Positions 40,769 through 53,994 are shown, counted from the first letter of the stretch. The stretch: DNA of 64,000 bases from Smithellaceae bacterium (GCA_963667845.2 CAXXVL010000002.1:832001-896000), one strand, 5' to 3'. Notes: a model not told the origin generated them from the sequence alone. Translations and numbers: made by a program.

Positions 40769-43276
40769 CTATTCTTCCGGTGTGCCGTTTTCTTCTGTCG
40801 TCACATCCGTCTCATCTTCACCACTTCCGTCGTCATCCGGGCCTTCGGCTTCCTGCGTGGTGCGGGCGACGCCAACGAGTTTTTCTTCCGGCTCCAGATC
40901 GATCAGTTTGACGCCCTGGGTGACGCGGTGATTGACCGGCACTTCCTGCACCTTCAACCTGATCACCTTGCCGGCATTGCTGATCAGCATGATGTTCTCT
41001 TCACCCTGCACCTGCAGGACGCCGGACACATTGCCGACCTTGGCAACCGTTTTCAGGTTGATGGTGCCTTTGCCGCCTCTGGACTGCACGCGGTATTCGT
41101 CAATCGGCGTGCATTTGCCGAAGCCGTTTTCCGAAACGGTCAGCATAAATGTGTTTTGAGCGGGAATATCCACGCCGATCACATCGTCGCCTTCATCCAG
41201 ATTAATGCCGCGCACGCCGCGCGCCGTCCGGCCCATGTCCCGGACTTCATCTTCCTTGAAACGAATCGCCATACCCAGCCTGGTCGCGAGGAAGATGTCC
41301 TGATCGCCGTTGGTCAACTGAACATCAACCAGTTCATCCGTCTCGTCGATGGAAATCGCGATAATGCCGCCTTGCCGCGGGTTGGAATAAGCGGTCAGAT
41401 CGGTCTTTTTGAGGATACCCTTTTTTGTGACCAGCACGACAAATTTATCCGATACAAATTCTTTCACAGGCAGCGTCGCCCGGACCTTTTCACCCGGCGC
41501 CAGATTGATCAGATTGACCATGGCCTTGCCCTTGGCGGCACGACCCGCCTGCGGAATCTGATAGACCTTCAACCAGTAAACCTTGCCTGCATCGGTGAAG
41601 ACCAGCAGGTAATGATGGGTGGACGCGATGAATATTTTTTCAACAAAGTCTTCTTCCTTGGTGCCCATGCCGACCTTGCCGCGCCCGCCGCGATGCTGGC
41701 TCTTGTAAAGGCTGACTGCGTTTCGTTTGATGTAGCCGGCATGCGATATCGTCACGACCACATCTTCTTCCACAATCATGTCTTCAATATTGATGTCCTC
41801 CGTGCTGGCAACAATTTCCGTCCTGCGCTCGTCGCCGTATTTATCCCGGATTTCCGTGAGTTCTTCGATGATGACCTGCAAAACTTTCTGCGGATCGGCC
41901 AGAATGCCGGCCAGTTTTGCGATGAGCGCCGTCACTTCCTTATACTCCGCATCAATCTTGTCTCGCTCCAGTCCGGTCAGACGTTGCAGTCTCATCTCCA
42001 GAATGGCCTTGGCCTGAATCTCGGACAAACTGAACTTAGCGCGTAACGCCACGGATGCGTCGTTGGGCGTTTTGGCCGCCTTGATGACTTTGATGATTTC
42101 GTCAATATTGTTTAAGGCAATAATGTAGCCTTCCAGGATATGCGCCCGCTCTTTGGCGCGTGCCAGTTCAAACCGCGTGCGGCGGACCACCACTTCCTGA
42201 CGGAAGGCAATGAATTTCTCGAGAACTTCCTTGAGGTTAAACACCTGCGGACGGCCTTCGGAGATCGCCAGCATGATAATGCCGAAAGAGACTTCCATTT
42301 GCGTGAATTTGTAAAGCTGGTTGAGAATGATCGCGGAATTCTCATCGCGCTTGAGGTCGATGACCACGCGGATGCCGTCACGATCTGATTCATCACGTAA
42401 ATCCGAGATGCCGGCAATTTTCTTGTCACGCACCAGTTCGGCAATTTTTTCAATCAAGGTGGCTTTGTTGACCTGATAGGGCAGTTCAGTAACAACAATG
42501 CTTTCCCGATCATTGCGGGCATTCTTTTCGATGAGCGCCCGCGCTCTCACGCGGATGATCCCGCGTCCTGTTTTATAGGCGGAAAGAATCCCCTCGCGGC
42601 CGTTGATAAAACCGGCGGTCGGAAAATCCGGCCCGTGAATGTGCTTCATCAACTCTTCGACAATCATTTTGGGATTGTTGATCAGTGCGATGGTGCCATT
42701 GATGATTTCCGTCAAATTATGCGGCGGGATATTGGTTGCCATACCGACGGCAATGCCTGATGTTCCGTTCAACAGTAAAAGCGGAAGTCGCGTCGCCAGA
42801 ATCGAAGGCTCCAGCAGAGATTCATCATAGTTGGGCACGAAATCGACCGTTTCTTTTTCCAGGTCGGCCATCACCTCATCGGAAATGCGCGCCAGGCGGC
42901 TTTCCGTGTAACGCATGGCAGCGGGCGGGTCGCCGTCGATAGAACCGAAGTTTCCCTGTCCGTCGATCAGCATGTAGCGCAACGAAAAATCCTGAGCCAT
43001 ACGCACCAGCGTGTCGTAAATGGCCGCATCACCGTGCGGATGATATTTACCCATAATATCACCGACGATGCGCGCGCATTTCTTGTAAGGTTTATTATGG
43101 CGGTAGCCCGTTTCATACATGGAATACAATATCCGGCGGTGCACCGGTTTAAGACCGTCACGCACATCGGGAAGCGCCCGACCGATAATAACGCTCATGG
43201 AATAATCCATGTAGGATTTCTTCATTTCATCTTCTATATTCACCATTGTTTGCTTGTGGTGGATATCACGTTCCAT
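40769..43276 (-). CDS. gyrA: DNA gyrase subunit A
   Basis: [29 protein letters not shown], GyrA box QHRGGRG; likely ATG 43276. Confidence 0.98.
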   Translation of the reverse strand: MERDIHHKQTMVNIEDEMKKSYMDYSMSVIIGRALPDVRDGLKPVHRRILYSMYETGYRHNKPYKKCARIVGDIMGKYHPHGDAAIYDTLVRMAQDFSLRYMLIDGQGNFGSIDGDPPAAMRYTESRLARISDEVMADLEKETVDFVPNYDESLLEPSILATRLPLLLLNGTSGIAVGMATNIPPHNLTEIINGTIALINNPKMIVEELMKHIHGPDFPTAGFINGREGILSAYKTGRGIIRVRARALIEKNARNDRESIVVTELPYQVNKATLIEKIAELVRDKKIAGISDLRDESDRDGIRVVIDLKRDENSAIILNQLYKFTQMEVSFGIIMLAISEGRPQVFNLKEVLEKFIAFRQEVVVRRTRFELARAKERAHILEGYIIALNNIDEIIKVIKAAKTPNDASVALRAKFSLSEIQAKAILEMRLQRLTGLERDKIDAEYKEVTALIAKLAGILADPQKVLQVIIEELTEIRDKYGDERRTEIVASTEDINIEDMIVEEDVVVTISHAGYIKRNAVSLYKSQHRGGRGKVGMGTKEEDFVEKIFIASTHHYLLVFTDAGKVYWLKVYQIPQAGRAAKGKAMVNLINLAPGEKVRATLPVKEFVSDKFVVLVTKKGILKKTDLTAYSNPRQGGIIAISIDETDELVDVQLTNGDQDIFLATRLGMAIRFKEDEVRDMGRTARGVRGINLDEGDDVIGVDIPAQNTFMLTVSENGFGKCTPIDEYRVQSRGGKGTINLKTVAKVGNVSGVLQVQGEENIMLISNAGKVIRLKVQEVPVNHRVTQGVKLIDLEPEEKLVGVARTTQEAEGPDDDGSGEDETDVTTEENGTPEE

Positions 43277-43346
43277 TTTGTTCTTTCCCCTCTTCTTATA
43301 CAAGCCGGTCAGCGAGACCGGCGCAATAATTTTATTTCAGGTTTCG

Positions 43347-45761
<2,415 letters not shown>

Positions 45762-45807
45762 TTACTTACTCCTTTTAAAACTGTTCAAATTTTAAATTAA
45801 TATCTCT

Positions 45808-46920
45808 CTATATTTTTAAAGGCATGACAATACACAAATAATTGTCACCTTCCGCAGGTTTAATCAATGTCGGTTTCAGTCCAACGCCCACCTCCATGAT
45901 AATACTGTCCATAGAAATCACGGAGACCGCATCGATGACATAATTTACATTGAATCCTACATCCATGTCTTCACCTGCATAACTGATGTCGATTTCTTCC
46001 GTCGCTTCACCTACATCTAAATTTGTAGAATTGAGCGTCATTTTTCCTGATGTAAACGAAATAATCACGCCGCTGTACCGTTCTGAAGAAACAACATTCA
46101 TTCTTTTTAAAGCATGCAGGAAAGATTCTTTATCCAGGGTTACGCCCACGCCCTTTTCTGCGGGAATAACTCTTTTATAATCAGGATATTCTGCATCAAC
46201 CAGGTTGACTTTTAAAATCGTGTTTTCCGTTTTCACGACAAACATATTTTTGTGGATACCAACACTCACATTTTCATGAACATCCGTTAGTTTTTTTACT
46301 TCCATTAAGCCCTTACGGGGAATGATAATCCCCTTGGCCATATCGGGGCAGGGTTCTGCCGTAGTAACTTTAGCAACTGCCAGTCTGTGTCCGTCTGTCG
46401 CCACCATTCGCCAGATGTGATTGGTTCCATCCGATGTTGTTTCCAATAAAACGCCATTAAGATTCTTTCTACTTTCATCAAAAGCCATCGCAAAAGATGT
46501 TTTATTTATTAAATCCTTAATAGCCGAACCGGGAATATTGAAGAACTCAACGTTCTGACTATCGGCAACACTGGGAAAATCATCTGCCGGAAGCCCTGGT
46601 ATTTTATAGACAGCCCTCTGGCAGGTCACTTTGACTATATTATTGGCGCTTTTGGTAAAATGAATAATTTCACCTTGAATTTCTCTAACCATCTCATAGA
46701 GTTTTTTTGCAGACAATGTGATTTCACCTTTTTCCGCTATATCCGCATCATAGTCGGAAATGAGGCTGATCTCCCGATCAGTTGCAATAATTTTCAGTTT
46801 ATTGTGTTCCGTTTTTAAAAGCACATTATTCAAAATGGGTGTTGTTGTCTTTTTCTCGACAATGCCTAAGGTTTTTTGAATACCATCCAAAAAGGTATTT
46901 CTATTGATTTTAAATTCCAT
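45808..46920 (-). CDS. dnaN: DNA polymerase III beta sliding clamp
   Basis: PILNNV, ATDRE, VATDGHRL, YPDYKRVIP, VMPL. Confidence 0.97.
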   Translation of the reverse strand: MEFKINRNTFLDGIQKTLGIVEKKTTTPILNNVLLKTEHNKLKIIATDREISLISDYDADIAEKGEITLSAKKLYEMVREIQGEIIHFTKSANNIVKVTCQRAVYKIPGLPADDFPSVADSQNVEFFNIPGSAIKDLINKTSFAMAFDESRKNLNGVLLETTSDGTNHIWRMVATDGHRLAVAKVTTAEPCPDMAKGIIIPRKGLMEVKKLTDVHENVSVGIHKNMFVVKTENTILKVNLVDAEYPDYKRVIPAEKGVGVTLDKESFLHALKRMNVVSSERYSGVIISFTSGKMTLNSTNLDVGEATEEIDISYAGEDMDVGFNVNYVIDAVSVISMDSIIMEVGVGLKPTLIKPAEGDNYLCIVMPLKI

Positions 46921-46934
46921 CCTCGCCTCCCATC

Positions 46935-47096
46935 GTATTTAATTCTTTTTATTTTTTTCTTTAATATATAAAACTAGTATTAGTAATAAGCCCTGTTGAT
47001 ATGTTGATTACCCTAATTTTTGTTACAATCTCTTATATCTCTTCCGATAAACCCTGTTGAGAAAAAGAGTAAACACCTGCTATGTTTTGTTGATAA
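46935..47096. other. oriC: AT-rich DUE, DnaA-trios and tandem variant DnaA boxes between dnaA and dnaN
   Basis: Plus strand: AT tract, TAG TAT TAG TAA TAA (46975-89), GCCC, boxes TGTTGATAT (46994-47002) and TGTTGATTA (47002-10); further boxes at 47055-63 and 47088-96. Confidence 0.85.
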
Positions 47097-48435
47097 CACT
47101 ATCTTCAATATCTTGAACCATTTTTTTAAAATTTGAATCGGCGTCTATGGCATTCAAAATTTTATTATTGGCATAAATAACAGTTGAATGATCTCGGCCG
47201 CCAATTTTTTGACCGATATCAGGATAAGAAAAATTGGTTAATTTCCGCGAAAGGTACATGGATATTTGTCTGGCTAAAACAAGGTTCTTATTTTTATTAT
47301 GGGCTTTAATATCGGCGATTTTCACATTCAATTTACCGGCGACCACTTTAATTATTTCTTCCACACTTACTTCTTCTTTGTTGTTGTGTTTAACCAGTTT
47401 TTTAAGCACTTCCTTAACGAGGTCCAAATCTATTTCACGATTGGTAAGAGAGGAATAAGCAGAAATACGGACCAAGAAACCTTCCAATTCTCTAATATTG
47501 GACTCTACATGCGAGGCGATATACTGAGCAACGGCGGGAGATAGTTCTATTTTACTTTCCTGCATTTTTTTTGAAATAATGGCTATTTTGGTTTCCATTT
47601 CTGGCGGTTGAATATCAGCGATCAATCCCCACTCAAAACGGGAGCGCAATCTTCCTTCCAAGTTTGGGATATCTTTTGGAAATTTATCAGAAGTCACGAC
47701 AATCTGTTTGCCTGAATCATGAAGGGTATTAAATGTATGAAAAAATTCTTCCTGCGTCCTGTCTTTGCCTGCCAGAAATTGAATATCGTCAATTAGTAAC
47801 GATCCGATATTTCGATATTTCTCTCTAAATTTGGGCATGCGGTCGTAGCGGATGGAATTGATCATTTCATTCATAAAAGCTTCTGCGGATACATACATGA
47901 CGTTTAAATCAGGATGAGAGGCAATGGTCATAAGTCCTATCGCATTGAGAAGATGGGTTTTCCCCAGACCCGAACCCCCATAAATGAAAAGAGGATTATA
48001 ATTTTTTGCCGGCTGCTTGGCGACGGCAATCGACGCGGCGTGAGCAAACTGATTTGACGGCCCGACAACAAAGCGGTCAAAGGTATAATTGCTGTTAAGG
48101 TAGGATATATTCTTATTTTTTGCGACGGCGACAGCACCAGGTTGGGTCTTACCCTGATCAAACGGCAGAGCAACGACCTCCGGTTTCTTTTCCTTATCTT
48201 TACTCAACATAAAGTCAATATCGACATTAATGCCGATAACGCTATGCAGGGTATTTTTTATCATCGTTAGGTAATTGTCCATCAGCCAGTCCTTAAAAAA
48301 TCTATTCGGCACGGCCAGTTGGACACATTTATCTTCCATTGCCACAATCTTAATCGGTTTTATCCAGGTATCGAAATTCTGCTTCGATACTTTTTCCTGT
48401 ATAATTTTAGTAGCTTTATCCCAAACAGATTCCAT
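47080..48435 (-). CDS. dnaA: Chromosomal replication initiator DnaA
   Basis: YTFDRFVVG, YNPLFIYGGSGLGKTHLL, IDDIQF, QEEFFHTFN, RLRSRF, NIRELEG, GGRDHSTV. Confidence 0.99.
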   Translation of the reverse strand: MESVWDKATKIIQEKVSKQNFDTWIKPIKIVAMEDKCVQLAVPNRFFKDWLMDNYLTMIKNTLHSVIGINVDIDFMLSKDKEKKPEVVALPFDQGKTQPGAVAVAKNKNISYLNSNYTFDRFVVGPSNQFAHAASIAVAKQPAKNYNPLFIYGGSGLGKTHLLNAIGLMTIASHPDLNVMYVSAEAFMNEMINSIRYDRMPKFREKYRNIGSLLIDDIQFLAGKDRTQEEFFHTFNTLHDSGKQIVVTSDKFPKDIPNLEGRLRSRFEWGLIADIQPPEMETKIAIISKKMQESKIELSPAVAQYIASHVESNIRELEGFLVRISAYSSLTNREIDLDLVKEVLKKLVKHNNKEEVSVEEIIKVVAGKLNVKIADIKAHNKNKNLVLARQISMYLSRKLTNFSYPDIGQKIGGRDHSTVIYANNKILNAIDADSNFKKMVQDIEDSVINKT

Positions 48436-48446
48436 TTATAACCTTT

Positions 48447-48478
48447 TTATAAACAATATTATCAACAGGTGTTGATAA
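48447..48478. promoter_or_regulatory. DnaA-box cluster immediately upstream of dnaA
   Basis: TTATAAACA (48447-55), TTATCAACA (48459-67) and inverted TGTTGATAA (48470-78). Confidence 0.75.
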
Positions 48479-48487
48479 GTTTACGCT

Positions 48488-49345
48488 TTATAATTCATCG
48501 AGGAGATAGCGAGCGAGACGGTTTAATTCATCCATAGAAGTGTAGGCGATTTCAATAGCGCCTTTATTGGCGGTACCTTTCAGTTGTACCCGGGCCAGAC
48601 ATTTCGTCGTCAATGACTTTTCTAAATCGGCCATAAAACGGTCTTTAACGAGAGCTCTTTTCTCAGCAGGTTGCTGTTTTAACTTAGTAATTAATTTTTC
48701 CGTTTCCCGGACATTCAGTCCCCGTTTTAAAATGACATCAAGGGCCGCAATTTGTTCTTCCGGTGAGGTAAGTGCCAGAAGACTGCGAGCGTGGCCGGAA
48801 GTAATCTTTTTTTCCGTCAAAGCGGTTTTCACTTTTGCCGGCAATTTTAAAAGCCTGACAGTATTGGCAATTGTCGACCGATCTTTTCCGACCTGCGCGG
48901 ATATCGACTCCTGAGAGAGGTTGAACTTGTCCATTAATGTTACATAAGCGTCCGCTTCTTCCAAGGGACTGAGTTCTTCGCGCAGCAGATTTTCAATCAG
49001 AGACAATTCAGCGGCTTCCAAATCGGAAGCCTTTCGAATAACAATCGGTACATCTTTAAGACCGGCAGTCTGCGCCGCGCGCCAGCGTCTTTCCCCGGCG
49101 ATAATTTCGTAGCCGGATTCGGCCTTTCGGACAATAATCGGTTGAATGATCCCGCTTTGCTTGATCGATGCAATCAGTCTTTTCTGGTCTTCGTCATTGA
49201 AAGTTTTTCTCGGTTGATAGGGGTTAGGGCGTAACTCCTCAATACCACAAGCGTTAACAGATGTTTTCCTGTCAGCGTCGTTATCGAGCAAATCTGAAAA
49301 AATTGCGCCGAGCCCTTTGCCCAGGGCATCTTTTTTTTGCGCCAT
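48488..49345 (-). CDS. parB: Chromosome partitioning protein ParB/Spo0J
   Basis: LGKGLGA, PNPYQPR, IIAGERRWRA, LIENL.RE. Confidence 0.97.
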   Translation of the reverse strand: MAQKKDALGKGLGAIFSDLLDNDADRKTSVNACGIEELRPNPYQPRKTFNDEDQKRLIASIKQSGIIQPIIVRKAESGYEIIAGERRWRAAQTAGLKDVPIVIRKASDLEAAELSLIENLLREELSPLEEADAYVTLMDKFNLSQESISAQVGKDRSTIANTVRLLKLPAKVKTALTEKKITSGHARSLLALTSPEEQIAALDVILKRGLNVRETEKLITKLKQQPAEKRALVKDRFMADLEKSLTTKCLARVQLKGTANKGAIEIAYTSMDELNRLARYLLDEL

Positions 49346-50113
49346 TTACATTTCCCCCTGAAGAATTTCCTGCGCCAAATCCATGTAGGCTACAGCTCCA
49401 CGCGATTTTATATCATATAAAATGATGGGCAAGCCGTGACTGGGGCTTTCCGAAAGCCGAACATTGCGTGGAATAATCGTTTTAAAAACTTTATTGCCCA
49501 GATGCTTGCGCACGTCTTCCGTGACGCGATGGGCCAGAGAGTTACGCGCATCGAACATCGTCAGCAATATTCCACCCAAAGCCAGTTGCGGATTCAAGTT
49601 AGCTTTTACTAATTTCACAGTGTTGAGTAAATACCCTAATCCTTCCATGGCGTAATATTCACACTGTAAGGGAACAATCAAAGAATCTGCCGCGACGAGA
49701 GCATTGACCGTCATGAAACCGAGCGACGGCGGGCAGTCAATTACAATAAAATCATAAACCCTGTCCAGCGATTTTAACATCCGCCGAAGACGCACCTCGC
49801 GGTCATCCAAGTGAACGAATTCCACTTCCAGGCCAATAAGGTCCTGATTGGATGGAATCATATCCAAATTGGGGAGTGCTGTCTCGATAATGACTGAATC
49901 CAGCTTCACCTTATCGATCATGGCATGGTAAAAATTCGCTTTATCATAACGCATTCGATCGATACCCAAGCCACTTGTCGAATTGCCCTGTGAGTCGGCA
50001 TCGATGAGCAGGATTTTCTTATTTGCCGCGGCCAGAGAGGCGGATAAATTAATAGCCGTCGTCGTTTTGCCGACGCCGCCTTTTTGATTTGCGATGCATA
50101 TGATTTTATTCAT
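49346..50113 (-). CDS. parA: Chromosome partitioning ATPase ParA/Soj
   Basis: NQKGGVGKTTT, DCPPSLG, QCEYYAMEG, IPRNVRLSESPS. Confidence 0.97.
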   Translation of the reverse strand: MNKIICIANQKGGVGKTTTAINLSASLAAANKKILLIDADSQGNSTSGLGIDRMRYDKANFYHAMIDKVKLDSVIIETALPNLDMIPSNQDLIGLEVEFVHLDDREVRLRRMLKSLDRVYDFIVIDCPPSLGFMTVNALVAADSLIVPLQCEYYAMEGLGYLLNTVKLVKANLNPQLALGGILLTMFDARNSLAHRVTEDVRKHLGNKVFKTIIPRNVRLSESPSHGLPIILYDIKSRGAVAYMDLAQEILQGEM

Positions 50114-50203
50114 TATTTATGTGTAAGTCTTTCGCAAAATTTCATTGGAAAAACCTTTACGTGGAGTAACACAAAAAAAGGTTTTTTAGAAGGCTTTTTT
50201 GCT

Positions 50204-50866
50204 TTATTTTGCCTTTTCGGCAATAATAATTTTTCGTGGAGGACCGAGCAGTGGAATATTTATATCATGCTGAATTATTTTAATAATTTTTGATTCATTT
50301 TGGACAGCGAAGGACTCGTTCAGTTCCTGATTAATGTCTTGACTCTTGAGAGTTATCAACAGCCCCCCCGGCACAAGAAAATAGTTGCCCAAAGGAAGCA
50401 AATCAGGCAATTTCAGGGAGGCTCTGGCAATGGCGATGTCGAATTTTTCACGCCAGGTATCCGTCCGGATGAGGTTTTCCGTCCGATCGTGCAAAGTAAA
50501 AGCATCGGCCAAATTCAAAAGGCGGAGAATGTGTTTGAGGAAAGAAATTTTTTTACGATTTGTTTCCAATAGATAGAGCTTTAAAGACGGAAGGGCGATT
50601 TTTAATGGGATACCGGGAAATCCCGCACCGCAGCCGATATCGACGAGCCGCGAATTTTGATTCAAAATGTAACGGGCTGCAGTCAGTGAATCCAGGAAGT
50701 GGCGTGCCGTAATATCACCGACCGTCTTTCCCGAGATGAGGTTTGTTTTGGCATTCCAATGTATTAACTCATTTTGATAAAGCTCAAACTGAGCGAGTTG
50801 TTTTTCTTCAAGCCTGAGGCCTAAAAGACTTGCGCCTTCCTGCAAGAGATGCATATCTGGATTCAT
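50204..50866 (-). CDS. rsmG: 16S rRNA m7G527 methyltransferase
   Basis: WNAKTNL, HFLDSL, DIGCGAGFPGIPL, ARA; adjacent to parA. Confidence 0.95.
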   Translation of the reverse strand: MNPDMHLLQEGASLLGLRLEEKQLAQFELYQNELIHWNAKTNLISGKTVGDITARHFLDSLTAARYILNQNSRLVDIGCGAGFPGIPLKIALPSLKLYLLETNRKKISFLKHILRLLNLADAFTLHDRTENLIRTDTWREKFDIAIARASLKLPDLLPLGNYFLVPGGLLITLKSQDINQELNESFAVQNESKIIKIIQHDINIPLLGPPRKIIIAEKAK

Positions 50867-50908
50867 AGATTAGCAATAACAAAAAATGGAATCAGTCGCA
50901 AATACTAA

Positions 50909-51586
50909 ATGAAAGTTAGGCAATACGATATACGAATGACATCGGACATCCCGGAATTGCAGGGAATGTGGGAAGGCCCTGTTTGGCGGAATGTTTCGCC
51001 CTTATTCGTTGACTGTTTCCGGCCCGAGGGCAGTGGCCACAGGCCTCTGACGCAATGCAAGCTGCTCTTTGACGATCATAATATTTTTGGAATCTTTCGC
51101 GTCGCGGATCGATTTGTCCGTTGTGTGCAAACCGGTTTTCAAACCGATGTCTGGAAAGATTCTTGTGTGGAAGCGTTTATTCAACCGAAAGATTGTCCCG
51201 GGTATTTTAATTTTGAGTTTAATTGTGAGGGTGCCCTTCTGGCATCCTATGTGACAGACCCCATACGCAAGGATGGCCGCCTTAAAAGATACACACCGCT
51301 GTCAACCGATGAAGGTCAGCAGATTAGACGATTTGCCAGCCTTGCCGCAAGAGTGGAACCGGAAATTGAAACGCCTCTAGTCTGGTATCTGGAATTCGCT
51401 GTTCCTCTGGCGGTTCTGGAAAAATATGCAGGTCCTGTTGGTCAAATCAAAGGCCAGGTCTGGCGAGCCAATTTTTATAAATGCGGGAATGAGACGTCTC
51501 ATCCCCATTGGGCCTCCTGGGCGCCGCTTGCGGCCCGCAATTTTCATGATCCGGCAAGTTTCGGTCAAATCGAGTTTTGCGCCTAA
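50909..51586 (+). CDS. Carbohydrate-binding family 9-like (DOMON-fold) protein
   Basis: VWKDSCVE.F, YFNFEFNC.G, WRANFYKCG, HW.SW, NFH.P. Confidence 0.85.
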   Translation: MKVRQYDIRMTSDIPELQGMWEGPVWRNVSPLFVDCFRPEGSGHRPLTQCKLLFDDHNIFGIFRVADRFVRCVQTGFQTDVWKDSCVEAFIQPKDCPGYFNFEFNCEGALLASYVTDPIRKDGRLKRYTPLSTDEGQQIRRFASLAARVEPEIETPLVWYLEFAVPLAVLEKYAGPVGQIKGQVWRANFYKCGNETSHPHWASWAPLAARNFHDPASFGQIEFCA

Positions 51587-51670
51587 AAACAAATCTGCTT
51601 CTGCTCAGCGGCAGGGACTCAAGTATTTCCGAAAACATTACAAATATATATGTAAAATGAGCAGGTATCC

Positions 51671-51867
51671 ATGAATAACATTACACGAATAGCATCAACG
51701 CTCGCGCTATAAGCCAGTCACAAACGCAGGATCAGAGCACCACGAACCTTCTGAAAATGAACGCCCAGGCTGAAGCAGCTATTGCGGACATCCTCTTGCA
51801 GGACGCCCGCCAGGTCCAGGCGACGTCTCATTCGGGAAGCGGCGGCGTTATCGATCTTTTTGCCTGT
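51671..51867 (+). pseudogene. Frameshifted small protein resembling the YjfB/'putative motility protein' family
   Basis: MNNITRIASTLAL, then after an extra TA: SQSQTQDQSTTNLLKMNAQAEAAIADILLQ...GGVIDLFA, with TGT where a stop is expected. Confidence 0.5.
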
Positions 51868-52005
51868 GGAACTTTCATCGTTTACAAGGGATATATTGAA
51901 CTCCAATACATTTAGCTTTTGCAGTTTCCCTCTTAGTAAATTCTTCGTGCATTTCTGAACGGGCAGTTTTATAGAGCTGATCATCCTTCTTATGGAGACG
52001 GCCCG

Positions 52006-52749
52006 ATGTCGCTTAAAGCCAAAACAAAGAATATCAGTATTGTTTTATATAAACCCAAATATGCCGGGAATGTCGGTTCAGTGGCCCGCGCTGCCAAAAA
52101 CATGGGAATCGACAAGATCCTAATCGTGGGGACGAAGGATCTGGATCGCGAGGCGATGGAGCAACGTTCCACGCACCTGGCGACCGATGTTCTGGATGGG
52201 ATTGTTCATGCCGACTCTATTGAAGAGGCCCTGGGCGAGTTCCATTACATCGTGGGAACCACTGCCCGTCTCGGGAAAGCCCGCGGACCTTTTGTGTCTC
52301 CGCGCGCGGCAGCGAAAAAGGTTGCCGATCTATCACAGAAAAACAAAATCGCGCTTCTCTTCGGTCCGGAAGACACAGGCCTCGCCAACGATCAGTTGCG
52401 CCTTTGTCACAGTGTGGTCACTATTCCAACATCACGCGAATTCAGCTCGCTAAACCTTTCGCAGGCGGTGATGATCCTTAGTTATGAAATCTTTATCGCG
52501 TCTTCTGCATCGAATACTGCGGCGGAGACAGCACCCAAACTGGCTCTATCGTCCGAAATGGAAGGCATGTATCAGCAAATAAAAGACCTGCTCAACAAAA
52601 TCGGTTTTTTGAATCCGGAAAACCCGGAATACTGGATGCTAGATCTGCGCCGCTTCTTTTCACGCGCCGGTCTTTTATCGCGGGAAGTGAAAATCATCCG
52701 CGGTATCTGCCGCCAGATAGAGTGGCATGCGCACCACAAAAATACTTGA
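52006..52749 (+). CDS. TrmJ/TrmH-family SPOUT RNA methyltransferase
   Basis: GNVGSVARAAKNMG, GTTAR, LFGPEDTGL, SSLNLSQAV. Confidence 0.93.
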   Translation: MSLKAKTKNISIVLYKPKYAGNVGSVARAAKNMGIDKILIVGTKDLDREAMEQRSTHLATDVLDGIVHADSIEEALGEFHYIVGTTARLGKARGPFVSPRAAAKKVADLSQKNKIALLFGPEDTGLANDQLRLCHSVVTIPTSREFSSLNLSQAVMILSYEIFIASSASNTAAETAPKLALSSEMEGMYQQIKDLLNKIGFLNPENPEYWMLDLRRFFSRAGLLSREVKIIRGICRQIEWHAHHKNT

Positions 52750-52836
52750 CTTTAGAACTGATTTGGCGTGAAAGAAAAACCTTGAAATTTACAGTGTAAC
52801 CAAATCTTAAACCCCAAACGATGGAGGTCGTTTATC

Positions 52837-53994
52837 ATGAGAAAAATATTTTCGTTTACCGGCGCCAAAAAGATTGTTTTCGGCAACGGATCGCTTTTGA
52901 CCCTTGCCGGTCACATTAAAGAGCACCACTCACAAAATCCGCTGATCGTCATCGATAAAAATATCGCCAAAACAGGATTGCAGGAAAAAATCGCCAGCAT
53001 TCTGGTTTCCGAAGGTATTAAATTTACCGTCTTTGATAAGATTGAACCGGAACCCCCCATTGAACTGGCGGACGAAGGCGCGGCCATAGCCATTAAAGAT
53101 AAATGCGACAGCGTGATCGGCGTCGGCGGCGGTTCGGCAATGGACGTGGCCAAGGCTATTGCGGTGATAGCAACCAATAAAGGTGCTGCCGCGGATTACT
53201 TGGGATTGAATAAAGTCCCGAAGGCCGGCCTACCTAAAATCATGATTCCCACCACCGCCGGCACCGGCAGTGAAGTTACCTTTACCGCCGTATTCGTCCG
53301 CAAGAATCTTAAAAAGAAAGAAGGCATGAACAGCCCGTATCTCTATCCCGAACTGGCGCTTCTGGACCCGGAACTAACGCTGTCTCTTCCTCCGGCGCCG
53401 ACGGCTTATACCGGCCTTGATGCCCTGTGCCATGCAATTGAATCGTATACCTCCATCAACTCTTCGCCGATGAGTGAAATGTTTTCGCTGGAGGCCATTT
53501 CCCTGATTGCCGAAAATCTGCGCACCTGCGTCCACGACGGCAAAAATATCGCCGCACGTGAAAGAATGCTGCTGGGCAGTCTGTACGCGGGCATCGGCCT
53601 TGCCAATGCAGGCGTGACGGCTGTACACTCCCTGTCCTATCCGCTGGGCGGCAAATTCGGTGTTTGCCATGGTCTGGCCAATACGATCCTGCTGGCGTCG
53701 GTGATGGCCTTTAATCTTCCCGGCGCGCTGGAGAAATTTGCCGACGTCGCCGATGCGATGGGCGAATGTACGGACGGATTGCCGGTGCGCGAAGCAGCTT
53801 ATCTTGCGGTGGAAGCGGTCGAAGCCTTGATTGAAGATTGCGGCATTGAATCATCGATTCGCGATTTTGGCGTCAAAGAAGACGATTTCCCGGCGCTCGC
53901 GGATGTTGCCACGACGGTGGCCCGGCCGCTCGAGAACAATCCCCGCAAAATGACCAAAGAAGATATGATCGCGATTTACGCGGAAGCTTTTTAA
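52837..53994 (+). CDS. Iron-containing (group III) alcohol dehydrogenase, KdnB-like by context
   Basis: GGGSAMDVAK, PTTAGTGSEVT, GLDALCHAIES, HSLSY, HGLAN. Confidence 0.9.
   Translation: MRKIFSFTGAKKIVFGNGSLLTLAGHIKEHHSQNPLIVIDKNIAKTGLQEKIASILVSEGIKFTVFDKIEPEPPIELADEGAAIAIKDKCDSVIGVGGGSAMDVAKAIAVIATNKGAAADYLGLNKVPKAGLPKIMIPTTAGTGSEVTFTAVFVRKNLKKKEGMNSPYLYPELALLDPELTLSLPPAPTAYTGLDALCHAIESYTSINSSPMSEMFSLEAISLIAENLRTCVHDGKNIAARERMLLGSLYAGIGLANAGVTAVHSLSYPLGGKFGVCHGLANTILLASVMAFNLPGALEKFADVADAMGECTDGLPVREAAYLAVEAVEALIEDCGIESSIRDFGVKEDDFPALADVATTVARPLENNPRKMTKEDMIAIYAEAF

Noticed and set aside
40757..42046. 429-aa plus-strand ORF, and similar long ORFs at 3269-4150, 4520-5308, 25452-26120 and 44109-44819
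   Set aside because: Antisense shadows of gyrA, pdxS, hisF, ATP-grasp 1 and gyrB; no motifs of their own.
51718..51984. 88-aa minus-strand ORF
   Set aside because: No motifs; it overlaps the more plausible plus-strand YjfB-like remnant.
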